Part shown: piece by piece, positions 30,367-38,680 of the stretch
Layout of the letters: each line of letters starts with the position of its first letter
Numbering within the stretch: the first letter of the stretch is position 1
Virus record (IMG/VR): IMGVR_UViG_3300022542_000059
Location: 1-43,836 of that record
DNA: 43,836 nucleotides
From: a virus
Strand: one strand, 5' to 3'
Translations under genes and position numbers: made by a program
Notes under the pieces: generated by a model
What the model saw: the letters and a program-made list of their open reading frames with translations, nothing else
Told to the model about the DNA's origin: nothing
Databases searched by the model: none

Positions 30367-30802
30367 GATTAAACGTCTACGTCCTTTGGCAAAACTTCCT
30401 ACCTATGGGTCTGCCGGTGCAGCTTGCATGGATCTTTATGCTGACTTCTCTGGTGGTAAGTTTGGGTATACTTATCTTGGAAATAGCCCCAACCTAATTC
30501 AAACAGGAATTGCAGTAGCAGTGCCAGAAGGATATGAACTTCAAGTCCGTCCTCGCTCTGGACTGGCTCTCAAGAATGGAGTCATGCTGGTAAATTCTCC
30601 AGGTTGTGTTGATTCAGATTACCGTGGAGAGGTTGGAGTTATCTTGAGGTGTTTCTCTGATTTTGGAATAAAGATTTCTCAAGGTGATCGTATCGCACAG
30701 TGCTGTGTAGTTCCTATTCCTAAAGTAGAGTGGGAAGAGGTAGAGGAATTGGATGAAACAAAAAGGGGAGCTGGTGGGTATGGCTCTACAGGTGATTCAT
30801 GA
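30356..30802 (+). CDS. dut: dUTP diphosphatase
   Basis: ATG at 30356 after GGAGAAG. SAGAACMDLYA, RPRSGLA, PGCVDSDYRGEVGVIL, GDRIAQ, RGAGGYGSTG. Confidence 0.9.
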   Translation: MKIKIKRLRPLAKLPTYGSAGAACMDLYADFSGGKFGYTYLGNSPNLIQTGIAVAVPEGYELQVRPRSGLALKNGVMLVNSPGCVDSDYRGEVGVILRCFSDFGIKISQGDRIAQCCVVPIPKVEWEEVEELDETKRGAGGYGSTGDS

Positions 30803-30966
30803 GTACACTAAGAGAACTTATTACAGATAAGTATGGCCCCACTGACCTAGTAGACAAGTTGGATATTCCAATTGATGAATTATTAGATTGCCTATGGGAT
30901 TACGTCGAGGATCACTCTGAAGTTTTTGATGAGGACTTTGAAGTGAATGAGGAATTGTATGATTAG
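30799..30966 (+). CDS. Hypothetical acidic 55-aa protein (not in the ORF track)
   Basis: MSTLRELITDKYGPTDLVDKLDIPIDELLDCLWDYVEDHSEVFDEDFEVNEELYD. ATGA overlap with the dut stop. Confidence 0.5.
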   Translation: MSTLRELITDKYGPTDLVDKLDIPIDELLDCLWDYVEDHSEVFDEDFEVNEELYD

Positions 30967-31438
30967 ACCCTCTACGCCTAGATATTCATCTTGTACTGTT
31001 ACACTATCGGAGATGCCAGGATTTACTACTTTGGTATTCTCCATTCAAGGATGTAAAGTTCATTGTCCCGACTGTCATTCCAAATACTTGTGGGATGAAG
31101 AGGCTGGAATACCTTTAACAACAAAACGATTTATCTCTGCTATTGAAGATTGTGATGGTCTTATTAATGCTGTCCTGTTTCTCGGAGATATAGAAAACTC
31201 ATTCCGCTATACTAATATCGCCAGAGATTATAACCTTACAACAGGTATCTATACTGGTAAGGGCATGGAAGAGTGCTACCTCTATCTTGAATATTTTGAC
31301 TATGTAAAAGCTGGCCCATATAAAAAAGATTTAGGTGGACTAGAATCACCCACTACTAATCAAAGATATATAAGAACTTCCGATATGAAAGACCTTACTT
31401 ATTTATTCTATATGAATGAAGGGGATATTACATGCTAG
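30959..31438 (+). CDS. nrdG: Anaerobic ribonucleotide reductase activating protein (radical SAM)
   Basis: TLVFSIQGCKVHCPDCHSKYLW contains C-x3-C-x2-C. Adjacent to nrdD. Start is either 30959 or 30947. Confidence 0.75.
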   Translation: MIRPSTPRYSSCTVTLSEMPGFTTLVFSIQGCKVHCPDCHSKYLWDEEAGIPLTTKRFISAIEDCDGLINAVLFLGDIENSFRYTNIARDYNLTTGIYTGKGMEECYLYLEYFDYVKAGPYKKDLGGLESPTTNQRYIRTSDMKDLTYLFYMNEGDITC

Positions 31439-31737
31439 AACTTAAATGGCCTAAACACAAGTGTGGAATGTATGTATCACACAATGAATATAGGGACAGC
31501 TATCATTCTATTGAAATCGCTGTTCAGGATATTGAAGCGGTGGAACTCCGAGCAGGAACAAAATCAGAAGATATTTGGTATTCTCTAGAAGAACGGCAAA
31601 CGATTCTCGACACTAGAGAACTCTGGGAACTTCAGTGGTACCCAAATACTCCTATTGGATCTTATATAGTTCGTGCTTCATCTTTTGAACTTCTTATAAA
31701 ATATGCTAATGAAGTGGAGGAAGATTGCAATGGCTAA
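31432..31737 (+). CDS. Hypothetical protein between nrdG and nrdD
   Basis: 101-aa ORF overlapping both neighbours by a few nt. Confidence 0.5.
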   Translation: MLELKWPKHKCGMYVSHNEYRDSYHSIEIAVQDIEAVELRAGTKSEDIWYSLEERQTILDTRELWELQWYPNTPIGSYIVRASSFELLIKYANEVEEDCNG

Positions 31738-34714
31738 GATGGTTAAACTAACCAAGACTCAACTAAAAGCAAAGCTAGATTTTATTAAAGAATACATGGA
31801 AGAAAGAAATGCAGCATCCTCTTCTGTATTCGATCCGAATGCTAATATCTCTCAGAAGAATATCGCTACTATGTCTGCTGAGATCTTCAAGGACTTTAGT
31901 ATTCAAACTAACAGGGCTATCGTAGCGAATCGAATAGAAGAAAAGTTTGGGGAAGAGCTAGCTAGAGAATACATCCGAATGATTGAAGACCATGAGATTT
32001 ATATTCATGATGAGACTTCCTTGATGCCATACACTTATGGTTCCTCTGAAGGTATTGTAGTGTACAAAGGTGGTGAAAAGAAACTCACTACTTTTGAGCT
32101 TTTGTATGATTCTTACCACAGTCTAAAAGAAAAGTTACTGGAAGCGGGGGTATGGGCTAAGTACCCTCAAGATCTGTACATTGATGACGTCAATGGCAAA
32201 ACAAAGGTAACAAGGCTTGTTAAGAAAAATAGACATAGGGACATGGTTCGTGTAAAAACTCGTTTTGGAGAAGACCTAATTGTTACAGATAACCATCCAA
32301 TGATTATTGATAAGGAGGATATTGAGAATACCGTACCGGCGATTAGTTCTCTCGGAGAAGTGCAGTTTAAAAAGGATACTCCTTTTCGATCTGAGGTTTT
32401 AGAAGTTTCTATTTTAGATACGTTCAAAAATTATGAGTCTTATGGGTCTTATTGTGTTTCTAAAGAAAATAATGGCAAGAAAGTAGAGGGAATAAAATCC
32501 TACATTAAGCTAAATGATAAGCTTGGATATGCTGTAGGGTTTTTTATTGCGGAGGGATGTTACACAGAGAGTGGACTGAGTTTTTCTCAGGGGGATGCTG
32601 ATATTTTGAAAAAGGTTGCATCTTATATATGGGAAACAACGGGGATTGTCGGAAAAATTTATAAGGATATTTCTCCTACTCACGATGGTAGGAATATCAA
32701 ATATTCTCTCTGTTATAATTCTTCTTCTTTGAAGCATTTATTTTTAGAGTGCTTTGAAATTCCACCATTAGCAGAAAGAAAAGCATTGCCCTCGAACATC
32801 TATCAAACAAATAAGAGTTTTGTTGGGGGATTAATCGCTGGCCTTATTGATGGGGATGGATCTGTTGGTAAAACTATCTCAATTCGAGTAGCTTCAAGGG
32901 CTCTTATCTCACAGCTTTCTATCTTGCTCCGAAGTTTTGGGTTTGGTATTTCGATGAGTTATCAGGAACAATCGGATATAGCTTTTGGTAGTTTCTCCTC
33001 AAATTATCCAATCTTTGGAATTAGCTTTGGTCATACAGGAGACTTGTCTTTTTCTCTGTCTGAAAAAGTAACTGGACAAGTGACAAACATAACAAGGTAT
33101 AAGAAGGAAGGATCAACTATCCTAAGTGTTACGAAGATTGAAAATAAAAGTTATCTGGATTCCTTCATTTACGATATTACTACGGACAGTCACCAATTCC
33201 TTTGTAACAACTTACAAGTACACAATTGTGTAAGTATTACAATGTACCCTTTTCTCTTGGAAGGGACCAAGACATTAGGTGGGCATTCAGATGCACCGAA
33301 ACATCTTGAATCTTTCTGTGGAGAGTTTCTTAATCTTATTTTCTCCATAGCAGCACAGTTTGCAGGGGCAGTAAGTACTCCTGAATTTCTAATGTACTTC
33401 GATCACTTTGCTCGTAAGGATCTTGGTGATGATTACTTAGAAACTCATGGTGATTTTATTTCGGACAAGCTACAACAAGTAATCTACACTTTGAATGAGC
33501 CTGCCGCTGCCAGGAATTACCAATCGGTATTCTGGAACATTGCTCTCTTCGATAAATACTACTTTGAATCTATGTTTGGTGGATTTGCATTCCCTGATGG
33601 GGATCGTCCTGATTGGGAATCTGTTAAGACATTACAAAAGTTTTACTTGAAGTGGATCAATGCAGAGCGAAGTAAGAAGCTTCTGACATTCCCTGTCACT
33701 ACCGCTAACATCTTATCCGAAGAAGATGCTCCAGCGGATGCAGACTTTGCATGTACTATCTGTATGGAGTTGGCAGAAGGAAATTCTTTCTTCATCTACA
33801 TGAGCGATACAGTAGATTCTTTGTCCTCATGTTGTCGATTGAGAAATGAATTATCTGATAATACTTTCTCTTATACCCTTGGGGCAGGAGGAGTTGCTAC
33901 AGGCAGTATTAATGTCATCACCATCAATGCTAATCGTATTGTACAGAATGGAGTTGATCTAGCAAGTGTAGTAGATAAGATTAATAAATTTCAAGTTGCA
34001 TATCGTTCAATCATTGAGGATTATCTTGAAGCAAATCTTCTTACAGTGTATTCCGCAGGATTTATCCAGTTGGATAAGCAGTTTCTTACTATCGGTATCA
34101 ATGGATTGGCAGAGAGTGCAGAGTTCTTTGGCCTTGAAGTTGGGAATAACTCAGATTACATTGGCTATCTGGAAGGAACGCTTAAAGTTATCTATGATGG
34201 TAACAGGAAGGCAGCTAAAAAAACAGGCTTTAAGTTTAATACAGAGATGGTACCTGGGGAAAATCTTGGTGTGAAGAATGCCAAGTGGGATAAGAAGGAT
34301 GGGCTAATCGTAAACAGAGATTGTTATAATAGTTATTTCTATCTTTCGGAAGATGACCAGTCTAACATGGTTGATAAGTTTATCCTACATGGTAAGGAAT
34401 GCACCAAGTATCTCGATGGTGGATCTGCATTGCACCTTAACTTGGAACGATATCTTACTTCCGAAGGGTACATGCAACTGCTAATCCTTATGGCTAAGAC
34501 AGGATGTAATTATCTTGGAACCAATACCCTTATCACCCTATGTAAAGAAAAAGATTGTGAATACATCAATAAGAATACAGTACTTAAATGTACTCAGTGT
34601 GGTAGTTTGAATGTCAACCATGCTACTAGAGTAATTGGATTTCTGAAAGAGATTGAAACTTTCAGTGAGGCAAGGCAAGATGAATCTGGTTTGAGGTTCT
34701 ATCACAAGGGATAA
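31730..34714 (+). CDS. nrdD: Anaerobic (class III) ribonucleoside-triphosphate reductase, intein-containing
   Basis: ATG at 31730, 9 nt after GGAGG. Extein motifs IYIHDETSLMPY..CVSITMYPFLLEG, a C-terminal Cys4 ribbon (CKEKDCEY...CTQCGS) and the glycyl-radical motif ATRVIGFL. Confidence 0.85.
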   Translation: MAKMVKLTKTQLKAKLDFIKEYMEERNAASSSVFDPNANISQKNIATMSAEIFKDFSIQTNRAIVANRIEEKFGEELAREYIRMIEDHEIYIHDETSLMPYTYGSSEGIVVYKGGEKKLTTFELLYDSYHSLKEKLLEAGVWAKYPQDLYIDDVNGKTKVTRLVKKNRHRDMVRVKTRFGEDLIVTDNHPMIIDKEDIENTVPAISSLGEVQFKKDTPFRSEVLEVSILDTFKNYESYGSYCVSKENNGKKVEGIKSYIKLNDKLGYAVGFFIAEGCYTESGLSFSQGDADILKKVASYIWETTGIVGKIYKDISPTHDGRNIKYSLCYNSSSLKHLFLECFEIPPLAERKALPSNIYQTNKSFVGGLIAGLIDGDGSVGKTISIRVASRALISQLSILLRSFGFGISMSYQEQSDIAFGSFSSNYPIFGISFGHTGDLSFSLSEKVTGQVTNITRYKKEGSTILSVTKIENKSYLDSFIYDITTDSHQFLCNNLQVHNCVSITMYPFLLEGTKTLGGHSDAPKHLESFCGEFLNLIFSIAAQFAGAVSTPEFLMYFDHFARKDLGDDYLETHGDFISDKLQQVIYTLNEPAAARNYQSVFWNIALFDKYYFESMFGGFAFPDGDRPDWESVKTLQKFYLKWINAERSKKLLTFPVTTANILSEEDAPADADFACTICMELAEGNSFFIYMSDTVDSLSSCCRLRNELSDNTFSYTLGAGGVATGSINVITINANRIVQNGVDLASVVDKINKFQVAYRSIIEDYLEANLLTVYSAGFIQLDKQFLTIGINGLAESAEFFGLEVGNNSDYIGYLEGTLKVIYDGNRKAAKKTGFKFNTEMVPGENLGVKNAKWDKKDGLIVNRDCYNSYFYLSEDDQSNMVDKFILHGKECTKYLDGGSALHLNLERYLTSEGYMQLLILMAKTGCNYLGTNTLITLCKEKDCEYINKNTVLKCTQCGSLNVNHATRVIGFLKEIETFSEARQDESGLRFYHKG
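32042..33226 (+). mobile_element. Intein with LAGLIDADG homing-endonuclease domain inside NrdD
   Basis: Block A SSEGIVVYKGGEKKLTTFELL, block B GEDLIVTDNHPMII, LAGLIDADG motifs LGYAVGFFIAEGC and LIAGLIDGDGSV, blocks F/G FIYDITTDSHQFLCNNLQVHN followed by Cys+1 (33227). The N-terminal boundary is ambiguous (Ser at 32042 or Thr at 32033). Confidence 0.8.
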
Positions 34715-34718
34715 TATC

Positions 34719-34976
34719 ATGAAAGAAAGAATAGTATTGGTAGTTGGCTCACCAAAGTATCTTGTTCCAAAGACGATGCTTACAATGTTGCTTATTATTT
34801 TTTCACTGGATGTGATTCCCTTGGGAGTCCTTACTGTAACGAAAGGATGTTATTTTCTCATCCTCAGTATTGTCCTTGGAAACAGACTCCAAGAAACTTA
34901 TGAAGATTACAAACTACAAAAGTGGAGTGAAGAAAACTCAGAAGAAATGGAATGGGAAGGAGAAGATAATGGATAA
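34719..34976 (+). CDS. Holin candidate (two hydrophobic segments, acidic C-terminus)
   Basis: 85 aa. TMLTMLLIIFSLDVIPLGVLTV and GCYFLILSIVLG. Immediately upstream of, and overlapping, the transglycosylase-like gene. Confidence 0.4.
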   Translation: MKERIVLVVGSPKYLVPKTMLTMLLIIFSLDVIPLGVLTVTKGCYFLILSIVLGNRLQETYEDYKLQKWSEENSEEMEWEGEDNG

Positions 34977-35433
34977 ACATCAGCTACGAGATTTAATCAC
35001 AAGAGTATTGAAGGAAGTTGACCTTTATAGCCATGATGCTGTTGAGCTTCTCCTGTTAACAGCAGCTGCCGAAAGTAATCTTGGACAATATATCAGGCAA
35101 GTAGGAGGTGGGCCAGCACTGGGTATTTTTCAAGTTGAGCCAGCAACAGAATCGGATATATGGGAAAATTATCTATCATACAGACCTGAATTCTGTAAAA
35201 AAATATCAGGATTATTTCCGTCAGGAGGGACATTTGAAATAGAAGAAATGGAATTTAATCTCGGCTATCAGATCATAATGGCAAGGATTCACTATCTCCG
35301 TGTACCAAAGCCACTTCCAAAGGCAGGTGATGTGGAAGGAATGGCTAGTTATTGGAAACAATATTTCAACACACCATTGGGGAAAGGAACTATAGAGAAG
35401 GCAATGAAGGCATACGAGAAATATTGTATTTAA
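34969..35433 (+). CDS. Endolysin candidate, SLT-type lytic transglycosylase-like
   Basis: ATG at 34969, 6 nt after AAGGAG. LLLLTAAAESNLGQYIRQVGGGPALGIFQVEPATESD resembles the E-S ... G-x-x-Q SLT core. Confidence 0.55.
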   Translation: MDKHQLRDLITRVLKEVDLYSHDAVELLLLTAAAESNLGQYIRQVGGGPALGIFQVEPATESDIWENYLSYRPEFCKKISGLFPSGGTFEIEEMEFNLGYQIIMARIHYLRVPKPLPKAGDVEGMASYWKQYFNTPLGKGTIEKAMKAYEKYCI

Positions 35434-35448
35434 TAATCTGGAGAAAAT

Positions 35449-35637
35449 ATGGCAGACATAATTGATATTGAAAGTAATGCACCTCATACTGTCAGGGAAA
35501 TAATCTGTATTAAATGCTTAAGTAGATCCCTCTCTGTCGCTCACTATGACTTATGGTTGCGGGATATAGAATGCGGAGCATGTGGAGAAATTGGATATTG
35601 CATTGACACTGGACAAGATGTTGAGTGGCCACGTTAA
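35449..35637 (+). CDS. Zinc-ribbon-like hypothetical protein, last plus-arm gene
   Basis: 62 aa. CIKCLS ... CGACGE. RBS GGAGAAAAT. Confidence 0.5.
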   Translation: MADIIDIESNAPHTVREIICIKCLSRSLSVAHYDLWLRDIECGACGEIGYCIDTGQDVEWPR

Positions 35638-35644
35638 TAATAAG

Positions 35645-35684
35645 AAAGCCCCCAACCATTAATTTGGAAGGGGGATTTTCTTTA
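35645..35684. terminator. Bidirectional rho-independent terminator at the convergence of the two arms
   Basis: CCCCCAACCA (35649..35658) / TGGAAGGGGG (35665..35674) form a stem with a 2x2 internal mismatch. T-rich runs follow on both strands (ATTTTCTTT on plus, CTTTCTTATTATT on minus). Confidence 0.7.
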
Positions 35685-35685
35685 A

Positions 35686-36060
35686 TCACCACATACCATT
35701 ACCTCTTGCCTTGCCACCACCAAATAACCAAGTCCCAATGAACCAAGACCTTGCCCTGAACCATCTTCCTTCTTCGGCTAGGATGTCATGCAACACCATA
35801 GATGCTTGCCAGTTGGTACAAGAGATTCCATCATCCCACTTTCCACAATTACATAGTTTATCATGGACAAGCCAAGCCCTAGATTTATGAAGAAGATCAG
35901 GGCCAACTTCTACAGGATGTGGTCCTTTAATATCCCTAGCTCCGGTAGCTCCATCAGACCAGAAGCCATAAGGAACAGTGATAGTTTTATTACGATATCT
36001 CTTTGAATAGTAGATAATCTCTTTGAGATTTTTATAGGGTTTCATTATTTTAACACACAC
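35686..36060 (-). CDS. DUF1353-family protein
   Basis: 124 aa. TVPYGFWSDGATGARDI ... SRAWLVHDKLC fits the DUF1353 pattern. Last gene of the late operon. Confidence 0.6.
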   Translation of the reverse strand: MCVKIMKPYKNLKEIIYYSKRYRNKTITVPYGFWSDGATGARDIKGPHPVEVGPDLLHKSRAWLVHDKLCNCGKWDDGISCTNWQASMVLHDILAEEGRWFRARSWFIGTWLFGGGKARGNGMW

Positions 36061-36085
36061 TCCTGTGTAGAGTCACAATACTAAA

Positions 36086-38050
36086 TTATAAATTGTTTAT
36101 AAAAGCTCTCCATCCAAAATATAAATCTCCTGATGCTGCGGAGGCACAGCGCACAGTAAAAGTCGTTGTGGTCATTGCGGAGGTGTCTACATAAACTGGA
36201 TTTGAGCCGTGGCCTGTGTTGGGCCAAATAATAACCCCTGTCGAACCTGGATCAACTCCAAGGTTATGTGCCACAACTACGGATGTGTTTCCGTTTGCAA
36301 TAAAACTGTTGCCTGTTGTCGTATCTGGCTGGCTTAATACACCGATATTATTTTTAACTACTCTATTTGCTGTTGCAACGAGCGATAGCGATGCCCCGTT
36401 CCCAGCCAAATAGTTATCTGTTATCATGTAGTGGTCACATCCACTAGATATAACAATCCCATTGTTTGTATTTCCAAGCAACCCTGCTCCGGTACCAACA
36501 GTGGCATTTGTTATCGTAAGATTCGTTGTACCTGAGTTAATATAAAGTCCGAAAGCATTTTGGCAGAATTCCCCCCCATCAAAACGTAAATCAGTAACCG
36601 TCCCAGTTACCGAAACACCTGAACTCGTATTAAGGACAGAATGAAGGGACTCAAAATGGATGCCAGAGACAGTCCCAGATCCTACGTTATTTATAAGAAC
36701 ACCGTCGGAGGAAGAACTTGAGGCCCACACATCTGAGAATCTACATCTGATAACCGACCCAGTACCCGTTGGTGATATTCTTATACCATTACCACTGCTA
36801 TTATCGAAAAAACAATTATTCACATATAGGCTAAAGACACTTCCATCTGCGGTGTTTGAGCTTCCAGTCTCCGTGTCCGGGTCTATCAATAAGGCGTGTC
36901 CCTGCTGGATAACTGAGGTATTACTTATCATCAGTGCAGAACTATTTCTTACTCGTATTCCTGCAAAAGAAATTTGAGGAGATTGTGCTCCCATTAAAAC
37001 ATCATCAATCATCTGAGAGTTATCACCACCCTCGGCTCTGATTCGTGTTGCACCAGAAGCTCCATCTTGGAACCTACCGTGACGGATTCTTGATACACTG
37101 CCCACCATGAGAATTCCGTTAAAATCTCCATCCATAAAGAAATCGTCTATAAAACTTTCTGGGCCTGCCAATACCACATAAGACCCACCAGTTTGTGATA
37201 CATTGGCAGAAAAATTAATTGACCTTACACCAGAGCCATAGCCAAGCGCTTTAATAAGGTAGCCTCCGGTTGGCGTTGCCAGTGCTGATTTTAATATAGT
37301 TGCATTTCTTCCATCACCAAATAAGATATTACCGTTGCCAAGTAACCCACCACCCTCGTATAGATAAGTTCCAGCCGTTGCGTATACTTGCTGAAGATTA
37401 TTATATGTAGATGCTAATGCGGCATTGATAGAAACTGTATCATTGGCAACCCCATCACCAACTGCACCAAACCACTTAACGTCAACAGCACCCCTGTATT
37501 GTCGTACCCAAGACCCAGATGCACCAGTTGTATCAGAAGAGGGAGCTACATAAATACCGGATTGTGTATCTGCTGTTACCTCGGTAGAAAGATCAGAAGA
37601 GTCCCAATAAAAAACTCCATCTCCCCCATCTCCTACAGAACTTCGCCCACCTAAAATAATAAGATCATTATTATCATGTGAAGTTAGTGCTTTTAATTCT
37701 GTATATGTATCGACTCGTCTTGTAGCATTACCGATAAGATCAACACCATAGCCGTTGCTTTCAGAAATTAAATCAAGTCGTAGTTCAGCACTAGCTGCAC
37801 CAGTAGCATCACTATCACTAAGATCAATAAGTCGTACAGCATCTTTTTCGGCAACAGGTAGGCCCAAATTCTGAATCTTATTAAGATCCATATCCAGCAC
37901 ACCAGCCATACTATTATTAGATTCACCTGTACCACCACGACCAAGGCCATTCTCAATAGCATCTTCAATAGTTGTGTTATTAGCATTCAACTTTGTAACA
38001 TCAAGCCTAGCACTTCCTGCAAAGTCATTCAGTGTTGGTTTATCTGCCAT
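36086..38050 (-). CDS. Tail spike/fibre with pectate-lyase-type right-handed beta-helix (depolymerase-like)
   Basis: 654 aa. N-terminal virion-attachment-type segment (LNDFAGSARLDVTKLNANNTTIEDAIENGLGRGG), then VDVKWFGAVGDGVANDTVSINAALAS and many Gly/Asn/Ser-rich repeats. Confidence 0.7.
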   Translation of the reverse strand: MADKPTLNDFAGSARLDVTKLNANNTTIEDAIENGLGRGGTGESNNSMAGVLDMDLNKIQNLGLPVAEKDAVRLIDLSDSDATGAASAELRLDLISESNGYGVDLIGNATRRVDTYTELKALTSHDNNDLIILGGRSSVGDGGDGVFYWDSSDLSTEVTADTQSGIYVAPSSDTTGASGSWVRQYRGAVDVKWFGAVGDGVANDTVSINAALASTYNNLQQVYATAGTYLYEGGGLLGNGNILFGDGRNATILKSALATPTGGYLIKALGYGSGVRSINFSANVSQTGGSYVVLAGPESFIDDFFMDGDFNGILMVGSVSRIRHGRFQDGASGATRIRAEGGDNSQMIDDVLMGAQSPQISFAGIRVRNSSALMISNTSVIQQGHALLIDPDTETGSSNTADGSVFSLYVNNCFFDNSSGNGIRISPTGTGSVIRCRFSDVWASSSSSDGVLINNVGSGTVSGIHFESLHSVLNTSSGVSVTGTVTDLRFDGGEFCQNAFGLYINSGTTNLTITNATVGTGAGLLGNTNNGIVISSGCDHYMITDNYLAGNGASLSLVATANRVVKNNIGVLSQPDTTTGNSFIANGNTSVVVAHNLGVDPGSTGVIIWPNTGHGSNPVYVDTSAMTTTTFTVRCASAASGDLYFGWRAFINNL

Positions 38051-38232
38051 TACTTTTTACCTCTCTTTTTCTTAGCAGCTCTTGCTTCACTGATAGAGAT
38101 AGCAATAGCTTGTTTACGACTAGTTACTTTCTTACCAGCACCGGTTTTTAAAGTTTTCCTTTTAAATTCTCCCATTACTGTTTTAATTTTAGAGTTCTTT
38201 GGGGCTTTTGGACGTTTACTTTTTATGGCCAT
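38050..38232 (-). CDS. Small basic protein (KRKQAIAI-type conserved micro-protein)
   Basis: 60 aa. MGEFKRKTLKTGAGKKVTSRKQAIAISISEARAAKKKRGKK. Confidence 0.55.
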   Translation of the reverse strand: MAIKSKRPKAPKNSKIKTVMGEFKRKTLKTGAGKKVTSRKQAIAISISEARAAKKKRGKK

Positions 38233-38497
38233 TATCTATCTTCCCCCACATACTAAGTTTAGAGATTTGATCAACTAAAACATTATGTCTAGCATCATCC
38301 GAAGTAATATGGTTATTTAATTTCTCCTCTATATGGGCTACCTTAATTACCCACAGGTCAAGTCTGTCAATAAGAGTATCTAGTTTAGAGATAAAGAGTT
38401 TAAATCCCCATCCAAGAAGTGCAGCAATTACAGTCATAAGAATAACTACCGCACCAGTAGATACATACCATGCTAAATCAGGAATTGAAGTTGGCAT
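38216..38497 (-). CDS. Single-pass membrane protein (function unknown; holin/spanin-like or virion protein)
   Basis: 93 aa. TM segment YVSTGAVVILMTVIAALLGWGF followed by a helical tail. Confidence 0.45.
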   Translation of the reverse strand: MPTSIPDLAWYVSTGAVVILMTVIAALLGWGFKLFISKLDTLIDRLDLWVIKVAHIEEKLNNHITSDDARHNVLVDQISKLSMWGKIDNGHKK

Positions 38498-38498
38498 A

Positions 38499-38657
38499 TT
38501 ACACTTTCTTGGTTACTTTTTTCTTTACTTTAATCTTACCCTTCCGAGGAGGACGGGGAGCCATTGCTACCTTTTCTTCTTTCTTTTCCTTCTTAATCTT
38601 AGGTTTACGAGGAGGTCGAGGGGCCATTACTACTTTCTTAACTTTAACTTTCGGCAT
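38499..38657 (-). CDS. 52-aa Lys-rich protein with internal tandem repeat MAPRPPRK-x-KIK (not in the ORF track)
   Basis: Codon-by-codon hand translation: MPKVKVKKVVMAPRPPRKPKIKKEKKEEKVAMAPRPPRKGKIKVKKKVTKKV. The two repeat copies differ by synonymous changes. GGAG lies upstream. TAATATG junction with the next gene. Confidence 0.55.
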   Translation of the reverse strand: MPKVKVKKVVMAPRPPRKPKIKKEKKEEKVAMAPRPPRKGKIKVKKKVTKKV

Positions 38658-38680
38658 GAGTGTATTTCTCCTTAAATAGT

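Noticed and set aside
32033-32041. Intein with an unusual Thr1 nucleophile
   Set aside because: Aligning the N-extein to the T4 NrdD stretch PFTNCC (recalled from memory) makes MPYTYG extein sequence and places a conventional Ser at intein position 1. The Thr1 reading is therefore the less likely boundary.
38470-38679. 69-aa plus-strand ORF
   Set aside because: It is antisense to the Lys-rich repeat peptide gene. Its GGRGAI repeats are simply the complement of the MAPRPPRK repeats, and it lies inside a minus-strand operon.
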